This document shows positions 1-11,838 of a DNA stretch of 64,000 nucleotides, piece by piece. Each line of letters begins with the position of its first letter. Position 1 is the stretch's first letter. The position numbers were made by a program, and so were the translations under genes. Where the stretch lies: the NCBI GenBank assembly GCA_977020255.1, contig CDROCS010005166.1, positions 1 through 64,000 on the forward strand, given 5' to 3'. Source of the stretch: Obrimoposthia wandeli (lineage: Eukaryota). The notes below the pieces were generated by a model that was given only the letters and a program-made list of their open reading frames with translations, ran no database searches and was not told the origin of the DNA.

Positions 1-129
1 CCACATGTATTGCTCTGGAAAACAAATAAATCGATGATTATAAACATAGATGTCGGTTCAAAAATATGATTTTATATGGGATCACTTTCATCAATCCCTA
101 AATTCAATATAAAAATCAATTTGTTGGAA

Positions 130-900
130 TGGAGAAAATATGGTTAGATTCAAGTTGGTTACACAGGAAATTCAAAATTGGCAAAAGAGCTAAAGAAAAC
201 TCGTATGTGGTTGACAAATCAATTAGCATACAGCTTAAACAAACCGATAAGACGCCAATTCCCGACGAAATCATACAAGACGAGGAAACCAAATGATTTA
301 TGGAAGTGGATTTGATGGAGATGATTCTATATGCAAGTATTAACGATGGATACAAATATATTTTAACTTATGTTGATGTTTACAGTAGATTCGCTAGATA
401 TATTCCTCCTAAAGTCTAAATTCGGTATAGATGTTTTAGAAGCCATAAAGCAATTGATAAAACAAATATAAGTAACAAATTTTCAAACTGACACTGGAAA
501 GGAATTTGATAATAAACATGTTAGTGCTTTATTGAAAAAAGGAAATAAAACATTATTTTGTGTTTTCTCAATATAAAGCTGCACTAGTTGAGATTTAATT
601 GGACGTTGAGAGAATGTTTGAAAAAGTATTTCACTAAAGAAAGGAATAAGGTTTAGATCACAATTTACCTAAAATTATACATACATATAATTACAGTGTG
701 CACTTATAATTGAAGGTTAAGTAATCGGTAGACATTTCCAATGAATATGCTATGGAAATATGGCAACATAATCAGCATTAAGTTGTAAAGAAACCTAAAT
801 ACAAGATTGGAGATTATGTGCGGATTCCCAAATTAGTAGTACTCCCTTTATAAAGAAATTGTTGAAAAGTTTTATTAGGAATAAAGTTTTACAAGTTTTA
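130..900 (+). pseudogene. Maverick/Polinton retroviral-like integrase (rve plus chromo-like tail), frameshifted
   Basis: WLTNQLAYSLNKPIRRQFP..NDL(W)EVDLMEM..NDGYKYILTYVDVYSRF and KYKIGDYVRIPK across frames. Confidence 0.8.
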
Positions 901-1014
901 CCGTCAAAACCTGAAGTATAAAGAATTCAAGAAATTTTAGAGACAAAAGAGTCTAGTAAAGCATAAACAATATATAGTTAAGTGTCACGGAGTTGGATAT
1001 TATCTACTTAAATA

Positions 1015-2450
1015 TAATGAGTTTAATGTATATTGTTTTAACAAGTAATGGGTCTCCATTAACTCAACCTGATAATACAGCAAATCAATTTAGTATTGAG
1101 TATTAGAGTACAATAAATTTATCCGGGGATTGGGAAGCTACTCCGACGGAATTTTCATTTAATTATTCTTCTTTATCCATTAAAGGGGAATCAATAATAG
1201 ATTATGTTGAGGAGAAAACAACAAAAATCTGAAGTAAAAGTTGGTTTGAAGATGAAACGTGGATAATTTTACGTCAAGTATATAACTCCAAATAATAGTA
1301 AATTTCTTATTTACCTTAGCTATGAAAAGTAAATACGTATAACTCGCCTTAAAGGACAATCTTTAAAATTAGAAATTGATAATAAAAGTTTAGCATTAAG
1401 TTACGGCATGAAAGAATCTGACATTGACAGTATGTTTTATGATTTGGAATTACCTGATCTAATATATGAATTACAGACTTTAAAGATAAAGTTGCATCGT
1501 TATAATCAAGAGGCTGTGCATGAGCAGTATTCTTTCGGATTGCTTATTTTCCAATGTTGAAAGTCTATGTCAATATTTCATGAAAAATATTGATAATATA
1601 TTTGAAAATTTTTATGTTAAAAAGGAGATAATTGAGTTTAAATTGAAACCACATATAAATATGTATAAAAATTTAGCTACAATTATTGGATTCAATGAAA
1701 ACAGTTTTAAAAATATTAATAAAAGTTTTTCAAAGCTAAGTAATGCATATAATCAAATTTAAATGTACACAAGTATTACTGAACCGATATTTATAGTTGG
1801 AATAAAAATATTTGGGTTCAACAGGAAAATCACAAGTATGGAGATATTATACATATTCCAATTGATAATCAAATGTATATATAAATGGATCGAATTCTCA
1901 AAATCTTGATTTGAATGAGTTTACTTCTTGAGAAATTGAAAGTTACAAAGGAAGTAGGTGCTAAACTAGACGACGATACGGAAATCAAAGCGGCCAATTT
2001 CATGTTTCATTCTTTATTTAAGTGATTCTCAGTTTCAATAATGTAAAGTTCGAAGGAAATAATACTAGTTATACGCATAAAGCAATAATTGAAACATTAC
2101 TGAATTACGGTAATAATACTAAATTGATTAATCTTGATGTTATTGGATTTTATGATGAAGAAGAGAGCAGAAAAGCTTGGATTTCAAAGTCTACAGTATT
2201 GTCACTATTTGGAAGTCTCATTTTATTTCTTTAAGTAGCCAAAGTATCTGGAATAAATGTTCTTATTAGAATGTAAAGAAACCCAGTAGTTTTCAGTATT
2301 GTTTGCGCTGAAACAATTACTCCATGCGATTGAGATTACAGAAAAAAATTGCTGGTTAGTAGAGTAAAAGTTGAACCGTCAGTACTTATCGGACACCGAA
2401 TGGGTCTAGAGAAGCAAAATGCAGGTTATCCCATAAGAAAAACTAGTATT
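1015..2450 (+). pseudogene. Maverick/Polinton minor capsid-like and major capsid (F54H12.2-like) remnants
   Basis: YIVLTSNGS..PDNTANQFSIEL (penton-like N-terminus); NNTSYTHKAIIETLLNYG and RVKVEPSVLIGHRMGLEKQNAGYPIR (major capsid-like). Confidence 0.7.
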
Positions 2451-2784
2451 GTTTATAATGCTGTCAATCTGTCGTCAATGCTATTCTTGCTGCACGATCT
2501 TCCTTCGTCTACTGCTGCTATTACTGTCGCAACCGCAAACAATCCAGCAGAACCAGGTCGTAACCCTTCTTTTGGAACATTTAGTAGTGCATCTACTCGC
2601 AAGAGAAGTGTTATGCCCACTTCAGGTAGCTCAGTATCAGATGAAATTAGTGCGGGGGCTAGTCGAAATGTTTTCCCTGCTAACTCTGCCGCGAAGAAGG
2701 TGCACCCTAATACATCAATTAGGTCGGGCTTAAGGGGTTCAATAGAAACTCTCTCTTGATGTTTCAAGTAAAGGAATATTAGTT

Positions 2785-3600
2785 TTGGATGTGCCAGATT
2801 ATTTTATTGATACTCTGCGCACAGCCATTACTACATTTATTACCTTTAAGGTAAAATGTGGGGCGAAGGTGGAATTCACGAAGGATAGGGAGACAAAACA
2901 ATGGAATGTTTCGAATAAGGGAATTGCATTTAGTAATGAGTTTATTGTCGATGTGATTGCAGCTCTTAACCAAAAAATTCAGAATTACTCTCATAATGGA
3001 AGTAATTGACAAGTATCCCGTTCCTATGAGATATCATTAATTGTCACGAAAACAATGCCTTGATTAACGTACAGAATACCTCCAACGTTTTCTGCTTTTT
3101 ACAGTATTTTAGTTGTACTTTTTAGGGATTTATTTAAAAGTAACCCTACGACTTTTTTCAGAGCTCTTCTATGATGAGGCAGATATACCGCGATTTGAGA
3201 GAGAGCTGTTTTCTTACGTGTGATAACGTAGATGTACAAGCTACACTGTTACCAGCAATGATTTCGTATGGGTTATTAGACACATCAAAATTCCCTATAA
3301 ACCATCCTTTATTTACTTTAGCCAATACTGTGATAGGAAAGATTAAGGATGCGAGAAAGGGTGTCTAGATATAAGCAATATACGCCCTAAATCATATAAC
3401 TTAGAAACTATAGACTGAAAGTACCAGATGAGGGCAAAGGGAATTAGCCTGAAGTAGAATTCACTACGCCATGCGAATTATTTAGCTACATATGAGAGTG
3501 ATGTTATTGCAACAACAACAACACATTAGTTCAATTAATAAAATCGTAAATATGAGTAAGATTGCATTGATAAGAGAAAAACCTGTCATATGCCTACGGA
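2785..3600 (+). pseudogene. Polinton-associated DNA polymerase B-like fragments
   Basis: KIQNYSHNGSN and DTSKFPINHPLF...VIGKIKD resemble the DTSNYPxxHPL..K..GKxKDE block; heavily deleted. Confidence 0.55.
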
Positions 3601-4212
3601 CATCACTGATATCCAGATGTTTTTATACTTGAAGGATTGTTTTTGTATGTTTGAATTTAAGTGTCAAATTTATTGCTCCTAAATTTTACTCTTTGGTTTA
3701 ATAAATATTTGTATCTAATTTGTTTGTCTTTTTTGTAAAATTTCTAAAGTATAAAAATTTATTTCTGAAAAATTCTATTTAATTTTTTTTTTAATTTTGG
3801 AAATTTTAAAATAAGTGCGAAAAATTGAAAATTAAAATAAAAGCATGGTTACGACACGTGTCACGGTTGCTAGGTCTTCTGGCTCACATACAGGGTGAGC
3901 CAGAAGACCCACTTCCCCATACTTCTATCAAATAAATGTGACTTAATATTTTTTATTATTTTAATTAATTATGTTAAAGTTTTGCAAACGAAAATGGCCA
4001 AATCAATCATATACGAACTACTTAAAAATAATTAATTACATTTTAACTTTCTTAAAGGTTATTCAATGGTTCCATAAGTTTGAAATTATGTTATCCACTT
4101 CCATTTATCGTATTCTTATTTAATTTTTGTTATTTATTAAAATGGTACGTCCTTTTAATGTAATTATAAATATTCTTAATGATAATCGATCACAGAAAAT
4201 CCAGAGACGTAC

Positions 4213-6659
4213 CTGGTTGGAGACGGTACTTGTTCATGGCATCGAGAAGGATGTTGATAAAGAGAACCTGATTGGGCGGGCAGCAAAGAGTGATAGTCGA
4301 GAAGAAGTGTACAGCGACATCCACGAGCCTGATCCGGTCGTGAATGGATGAGAAACCAGTGTTAGAGCTAGAACACGGGCTGAATGTGACGACCTGATGG
4401 AGTAAATTGGGCCAGAAGGCGGCTAGGATGGGTTGACCTAGGGCGACCTTGACAGCGACACAGCCGGCCCGACAGAGTCCAGTGAGTAGACGCAGATGTT
4501 CAATGGACATAATAGTCGGGCCATGCAGAAGCGACGAGGCCAAGAGACGGCGGCTACCGCGCGGAGACAAACTGGCCCACTTGATAATGGCTGGCGAGCG
4601 AGGGGAGCAAGATAGAGCAAGGTCGCAGGCAGAGTTACTGATACTGCATAGTGAGCAGAGTAAACACAACATGGCCTTGTGCAAAGTCTTATTGGTGGTG
4701 GCGGCGACAACAGGGATGATGTGCAGCAGCGGTGGCAGAAGCTCAGTCTCGATGCTGGCTAGCAGGGCGCCTGGAAGTTTGTTTCGGTCATCATCCTCGC
4801 TCCACAAAACAAGTGAGAGCAGGTACAGGATCCCAGCGTGACCAGCTTGTAGTCGGGGCTGAATCCAGGTGAGGAGACGGGTCAGGAGTTGGTTTTTCTG
4901 CTTTTGGTCCTCTTGTAGCAGAAGACTATGGAGCACGTTGGCCGCCACATAACCCAGAGGACGGCGGCTGTCTGTTCGAGCCAGGACGCGACCCAGCAGT
5001 GAAGATGGCTCCCCAAGACTCAGCAGGACTGCAACAGCACACTGACGACCGGCACGCGGGCCCACCCACTCCAGAAGAAGCGCCGGCAACTGAGAAGACG
5101 ATTCCAGCAAAGGTGCTAGAGGGCGCAGCAAGTAGAGACAACGATGGGCAGCAAGCGAGTGCGTCTGCGTGATATGCCGGAATCGCGAATCAGTCCAGTG
5201 ACTGACAGCAATGAGCTCCAGACGCTGTAGAGCAAGACGACCACTCGTCGGTGGATACAACTTCAATCGCACAACATTGGCGAGTGGGGCTGCCTTCAGT
5301 TCCAGGCTTATGCAGTTGTCTGTAGTACTAGTGCCACTGCTGTATTTATAGTTGCGGTGATAAACGACCAGATCGGCACCACGCTGCAAGGTTACGTGGA
5401 TACTAGTCGGTGAGAAATCACGTCTGTAACGCCAATGGAACACGAGGCGCTGGACGAGCATGAGACAGGGCAGTGTCAGAACCAGCTCAAGGTGTGGCTC
5501 ATTCGGGTAGAACTCATATGTCCATTGAACAGAGTTGGCGCCACTCGTGGTAGTTTTAGGTCTCGGGATGAGAGCATTGTCAACAGCGACAGTGGATTGA
5601 GTAGTTACACTAGATCCGTGTGCTGAGTGCGAGACAGCGCTGAGCAGAGTGGCGTCACTGGATTCATTAGCGGCAACAGCATGTAGACGACAGTAGGGTG
5701 CGATGTTGATCCTGGTGACAGGTTGTGTAGCAGCCAGACACGCCTCGTATTGAGGCTGTTGATGCTGGTTCTGGTGATGAATGGCGGCCGCAAGGCGCCC
5801 CGAGATTGCCAAATCCGGGGTGGATGAGAGCCGCATCGATTGCTGGTGAAGCATCCCGTCTGCCAAACATGCCGCTAATCGGGTGCGGTCCACCTTGTTC
5901 CCGTGTTTCTGTAGAAGCCATACCAGCAGCAGGAACAGCGGCTCACCAAGGCCCGGACCCGACCAAAGACAGTACCGCACCTGCACAATGAGACATGCAT
6001 GTTCACAGAGCAATGTCAGTAACCAGGTACTCACAGTGTCTAGAAGCAGCTCGGGTTGACAGTGACCAGGTACGCACAATACGGCCAGTTGCCAGACCCA
6101 GTCTCCGAGGGTACCAGTGTGAGGCAGCCGGTGCATCGAGGCCGCAACGAGGCTAGTCTGGTGTACGAGGCGCGTGGCCACGGCCTCCACATCGCTGAAT
6201 ACGGCCTCACACAACCGGCTCTCACATGCAGCCACGCAGTGCAGAAGCTGGCACATCGAGTCAGCACTGAGAACCCCATTGCTCGTAAAAACACTTCCGG
6301 AGTTAACTGCCAGCAGCAAGTCCCTAGCCAGAACTGCCAGCATGTCCATACAGCGCCGCTGCTGACTACTGCTCCACTGACAGCTAGACTCCACCTCCCA
6401 CAGCGGTAACCAATCCTCCTCTGTCAGAAGACTTGTGAAGCACTTGCGTTGCTCGTGATTACTTTTGCTGCTACTGCTACTGATTGTGCCACGACTATCT
6501 ACATCAAGGATTGCAGACATTGCACCAAAGAAGCTTTCTAGATATTTTCGTACTCTACATATGTCTTGTAGCATCCAATCGCGGAGTCCGTCGTTGATTG
6601 ACGTCAAGTAGATGTTCAGCACTTGGTCGAACGAGGATATTGTCTCTAAGCTCCTGTGC
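4213..6659 (-). CDS. BIRC6: Large GC-rich BIRC6-like exon (2,447 nt, phase 2-1)
   Basis: tgtag|G acceptor and CAG|gtacgt donor inside the 827-aa ORF; HLELVLTLPCLMLVQ block. Confidence 0.88.
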
Positions 6660-9600
6660 CTACAGATTAACATATCTCGGTAGAAGAAAGAAAATATAAC
6701 AAATAATGTAGTGCTGTGAAATGCTTAGAAAATTTCAAACAAAACGTGTAAAACATATGAAATACAATCCCTAATATGAAATACAAAAAAAGTCCACTAG
6801 AATGTGATTCTTTGAAAGAAAATTTTAAAATATAAAAACAGTTAAACTCTGGTGTGTATAAAATGAAAGTTATCCGACATTGATAAATAAAAAAGTACGT
6901 AAAATATTGGTGTATCATTCTGTTTGTAAGCTTAAAATTCTGATGATTTCGAAAATAGACCGTAGGTTTAAAAAGTTTGGTAAACTATGAATTAATAAAA
7001 ACTAGATTAATACTATGACTTTAAAATAGTTAAAATCTCACCATTTGGAAATGAATAAATATATCAATTGATAGAAGTCTTCCGGGCAGATTTCGAGGAA
7101 TTTCTTTACAATGCCCTGAATAACAGACAGTAGACTTTCGCAGAGAATGTCGATTTTTTCTGTGACCTCAAGTATGTTGACAAATACGTCATTGCACGTT
7201 AATTCTAGTTCGTTGTCAGTTGATTTGTTCTCCACCAGAAAGAGAGCCAAGCGACAATAGTAGATGATAGCACCAGTCTTCTGGGTTTTTTTCTTCATGA
7301 GAATGCTGCATATCGATAAAAGATTGTCCATGATTGCTTGGTTATTAGCAATAGCTATCTTTCTGCAGGTAAAGGCCACGATAAATCAGAAAACACTAAT
7401 GTATACACATACTTGTCCTTGATCATGTCGATGACATACAGTACGAAGATGGAGGCCTCTTGGATGTTCACGTCGTTAGGAATTGTCAACAACAGCTCAT
7501 TTAGCGTAGTTAGCAAGTATGACAGGAAGACTGACTCTTTCTTCTAGATATCAGAATAGATTATTTAAATGGATATATAGTTTTTATTTTGAGGGTCCAA
7601 AGCAAATGAATAAACCATTTAAATACGATGAAAGATTTATTCTAATTAGTGTCTGCGAATCTGTATTATTAACTTTTCTTCATTATTAAGATTCTTGAAA
7701 TTTTACTTTTATTTATTTATGCTTTTATTTTGTTTAATCGCAACAATCTTACAAATGTTATATATTTGGAATTACAGCATGATTAACAAATCTAAATCTA
7801 ACCTACTCATCGTATCAGTATTTTTGGTATTAAATATCGTTGAAATTTATGTATATGATCTGCAGGTATAATAAGAATGTTTCAAGTGTATTGCAGAAGT
7901 ATAGTCCCTGGCAACAGTGTTCTACCCACCTTGCTTCTGGTGGTAGCTGACATCTTGTGGTGGTTAACGAGACCTTCGCCATTTGGAAACGGCTGTAACA
8001 TCTCACAAAAGGGTTTCGGGGACATAAAAAGCTGAACCAGGAGCCGATGCTGCCATCCCGCCATGAGACGGTTGTAGCCGATCTCCTGGTCTAGGAAAAT
8101 TGAGTTCTCCAAGCGAAGATCGTAGTAGGGTACACTATTGTAACCAACTGACAAATAAGAATCCACAGACGTTATGTTGAAACACGTCTCGCTGTTGCTG
8201 CTGTTTTTGTGACCACAAGCTTCAATAGGCCACATTATTAGCTTGGACTTCGTCAACTCTTTCTTGGATCCAGGCACCACCTGCATCTTGTTAGAGATCT
8301 TGCTCGGTGTGAATGTCGGCATGAAGTTCGCAGATTGTCCAAGTCTGTAGGTAGGAGTGGGCTGTAAAAGTGGTTGATAGTGAACAGAACTCACAGGTCC
8401 AGTTCTTCTAAGTAGTCCACATATTCACCAGAGCCGGAATCCTCGTTCATTTTAGAGCCATCTGCATACAGTGTATAATGTTAAATTTACGATTTTCAGT
8501 ATAACGCAGGAAACCATTTTTTCATAAATAGAGATGTACAACTGTTATAAATGTTAATGGATATTTTATTATATGTTCAGCTAGGTATGTAATTTAAATA
8601 TTGAGTACTTCATCACCTCTTCTTGAAGTGAGTTAAACAACATCAACAAATTAAATACCTCATTTAAAAACACCAGAAAAGAAATCATATTAAATGATTA
8701 GTATTTTTCAGCTCACAGTAACTGAAATATCGGTTAGCCGTCTGTAATGTGAAAACAAGGAATACCCGCACATATAGCCATTGCAAACAGCTTTCACAAG
8801 GATCATTCGGTCAGAAAAACTGGCTCAAAATTTTGCTTGTTATTTGACCAAACTAAATGTTCTGTGAAGTGTTATACTGTGACTATAAGTAAAGTCTATG
8901 AGACTATAAACCATGGCAAGAAAACTCAGCAATAAGGAATGTACACAGTTTGTTATTTTATACGTTAGACGAGTTCAGAAGATATTTAATGAAAAACCGT
9001 TGATAAAATCAATTATCTGTAACAGAAACTGAGCAACGGCACAAAACATAATAAGATAAGATAATAAAACTATATTCATAGTAAACATATGCAGGTACTA
9101 ATATCCCCTATAGCAATACCCCGAAAGGTGTCTTCTACTTCATGTAGGACCGATGAATATCCAGGGGAGATTGTTTGTAAGACACTGCTTTGTGGTTTCC
9201 TAGGTTTTGACTGTAATTTTTTTTCTGAGTATTTCCAGCGTATTTGAAAAGTAAATAAAATATTTTCTGGTATTTCAATTTCTTCCAAAAACGTCAGAAA
9301 TTTTAATTGGGTAAATTATTTTTATAATCCATACATGCACTTTTCAATTCTCTCCAACTTGTTGGCAGTCAGAGCGACTACTCGATCAGATATTGAATCC
9401 AAAGTTTCTGAAACTCCACGTAGTCTAAAGCAATTTCACTGGACACAAGTATGTTCTATGACTTTACTTGAGATTCGTATTTTCTTCTTTCTTTCTTCAG
9501 CGGAATATTTTCAAGCCTGGAAAATTTTGTTGTCGGTATAACATAGAGTTCTACCATTTTGTAACTATTATCTTTCCACGTAGTCTCGACTAGGTTCTGA

Positions 9601-11778
9601 TATTTGTCCATTGCTTTGCTGTAATTATTATTTTGATTCATATTACTGTCAAAAGGAACTTTAATTTCCACATAGTGGATGTTCTACCTTTTATCGTAAT
9701 ATCTGGTCTTGTTTGCTGAATATTCATTACTGTAGTAGTTTTCTCCATGGGAATAGTATCTCCGCAATTTAGGGTAAGTTTAAGTACGACATCTACTTCT
9801 CGAACTACCATATCATGCCTCTGTACTTTCCAGTGATGCATTTTATAGCATCATACTAAAAGCATGGGATACAGTCTCGGGTGATGGTTTGTTGTTTCTT
9901 TTACACCCATATCGACAACAGTTAACTTCACGCATAATATATAAGGCTTTAACATCCAAGCGTCCTATTTTGTGTATAAAGTACCATATTTATGAGTGAG
10001 TTTACCATTTAGGATAAACCTGCTAATGTCCGTATCAGATGTAACATTTCCTTAAATCCCCGATCCTTTATGTGATTCAGCAAAATTGCTGAATAACGTG
10101 CATTTGGATTGGCCATTACATGATATGTGATTTTTTTAGATATGTGCGACTGTAAGGCTATATAATATCCAAAGAGAATCTAAATGTGTAGTACAATATG
10201 GTTCTATTAATATCTGTAATTACATATTTATAAAATTAAACAGTAAATTACTCACCGGATAACTTGTTGATGTCAGCAATCTGGATGTCATAGAGCATGT
10301 ACTGGGCGTCCTGGCTGCTTGCACTGCCTGCTTCACCACCACCACCTCCATTGCTGCCGCTACCGCTGCCATGACCCTCCGAGACAGCCTCACCCGCGTA
10401 TTGGTCCTCATCACCAGCAGTCGGAGTCACATCATCATCATCTTCCTCCTCGTCTTCCTCCATCTCCTCCTCTTCTTCATCCTCCATGGGCTCCACCTCC
10501 TCTTCCTCCTCCTCCACCTCCTCTTCCTCCTCCTCCTCCTCCTCCTCCTCTACCACAGGTGTATCGACGTCCGTGACATGGGACACATCTAGAAGTACCT
10601 TACTATCCCAGTTTTCATCGAGGACCTCCTCATCCTCACCCAACACAGAGGCAACATCGGATCCCACGATATTTACAAAGACAAGGCGCAGTGCGTGCCT
10701 AGCAAACACGGCAGCCCCACCGTCGGTGGCATTCGTGTAGGCTCGGCGTGCCAGCTGCCTTAGTGCAAGGCTACTGTCACCACTGCCGAGCAAGTTAGCC
10801 CAGTCCACAGTACCCAGCAGGTGAACCAGCTTGCTCAATGACATACAGCACAACATGAAGCTGTCCTGCGACACCCGGAAGTCCATCTTGTCCAGTACCG
10901 TCAGCAGCAACCCAATACAACGCAGAATCTGCGGCTCCGTGGTTGTGCTCACCGACACTAAGTCTGTCATATAAACTGTTCGTTAACAAAATAATAGAAT
11001 GATGCTTATTAATTACTGCAAACCATTAACACTGAAAAAACATTATACCGTTATTTGACGCATCTTTACAGTCTCTAAGTCCACTCCTTTCTTTTTTATT
11101 GCCAGACACTCGTTTCTTCAGCTTAGACACATTATTCGTTATCTAAATATGAATGTAAGAAACAGAATTTAATAGGAATCAATACAAACGTTGGACAGCA
11201 GTTTTTCGTATTGAATATTATACTGATTGAGCAACAGCGTCTTTAACCACATTTCCTGAACATTTTTCTCAATATTTTCTAAAAATTGAAGGCAGTAAAG
11301 AAACATGACAGGTTAATAAAACATTACCGATAAATTTTTGTTTTAAACTGTGTAAATTGGCGATTTGTTCTTTTAGAAATGTCATTCGGGTTTTGTGATT
11401 TTCTTCTGTGGTCTGAGTTTTTGGCATATGTATATGTAGATTCTTGTCCCAGAACATGTGGGTCCAAGCGTTTTCTCCAAATTGTAACTGGAACCGGGAT
11501 ATAGTACTATAAATTGTATCATGAATAACGTACAAATTTATAAACATTACAATACATTTGTCATATACCGAAGAGTTTTAATTAGGAACCTGATTCGTTT
11601 TAAGAATCAATTACAATGCTAACTTTACAACATTTAAATAGTTTCAACTTATTTATCAACTTTATGAATAAAATAATAGCTAAAATTTCCAGTTTAAAAT
11701 ACAATTTGCAGTCAACTTGTAAACTTTTGTATATCTCAGATATTGCAATCGTTTCTTTTTGTGATAAATAAAAAGTAC

Positions 11779-11838
<60 letters not shown>

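Noticed and set aside
4449-6409. Several plus-strand and alternative-frame ORFs over the large exon
   Set aside because: Shadow ORFs of GC-rich BIRC6 coding sequence; no independent motifs.
10319-10740. Poly-Pro/His, poly-Leu and poly-Ser ORFs on the plus strand
   Set aside because: Antisense readings of the (GAG)n acidic tract.
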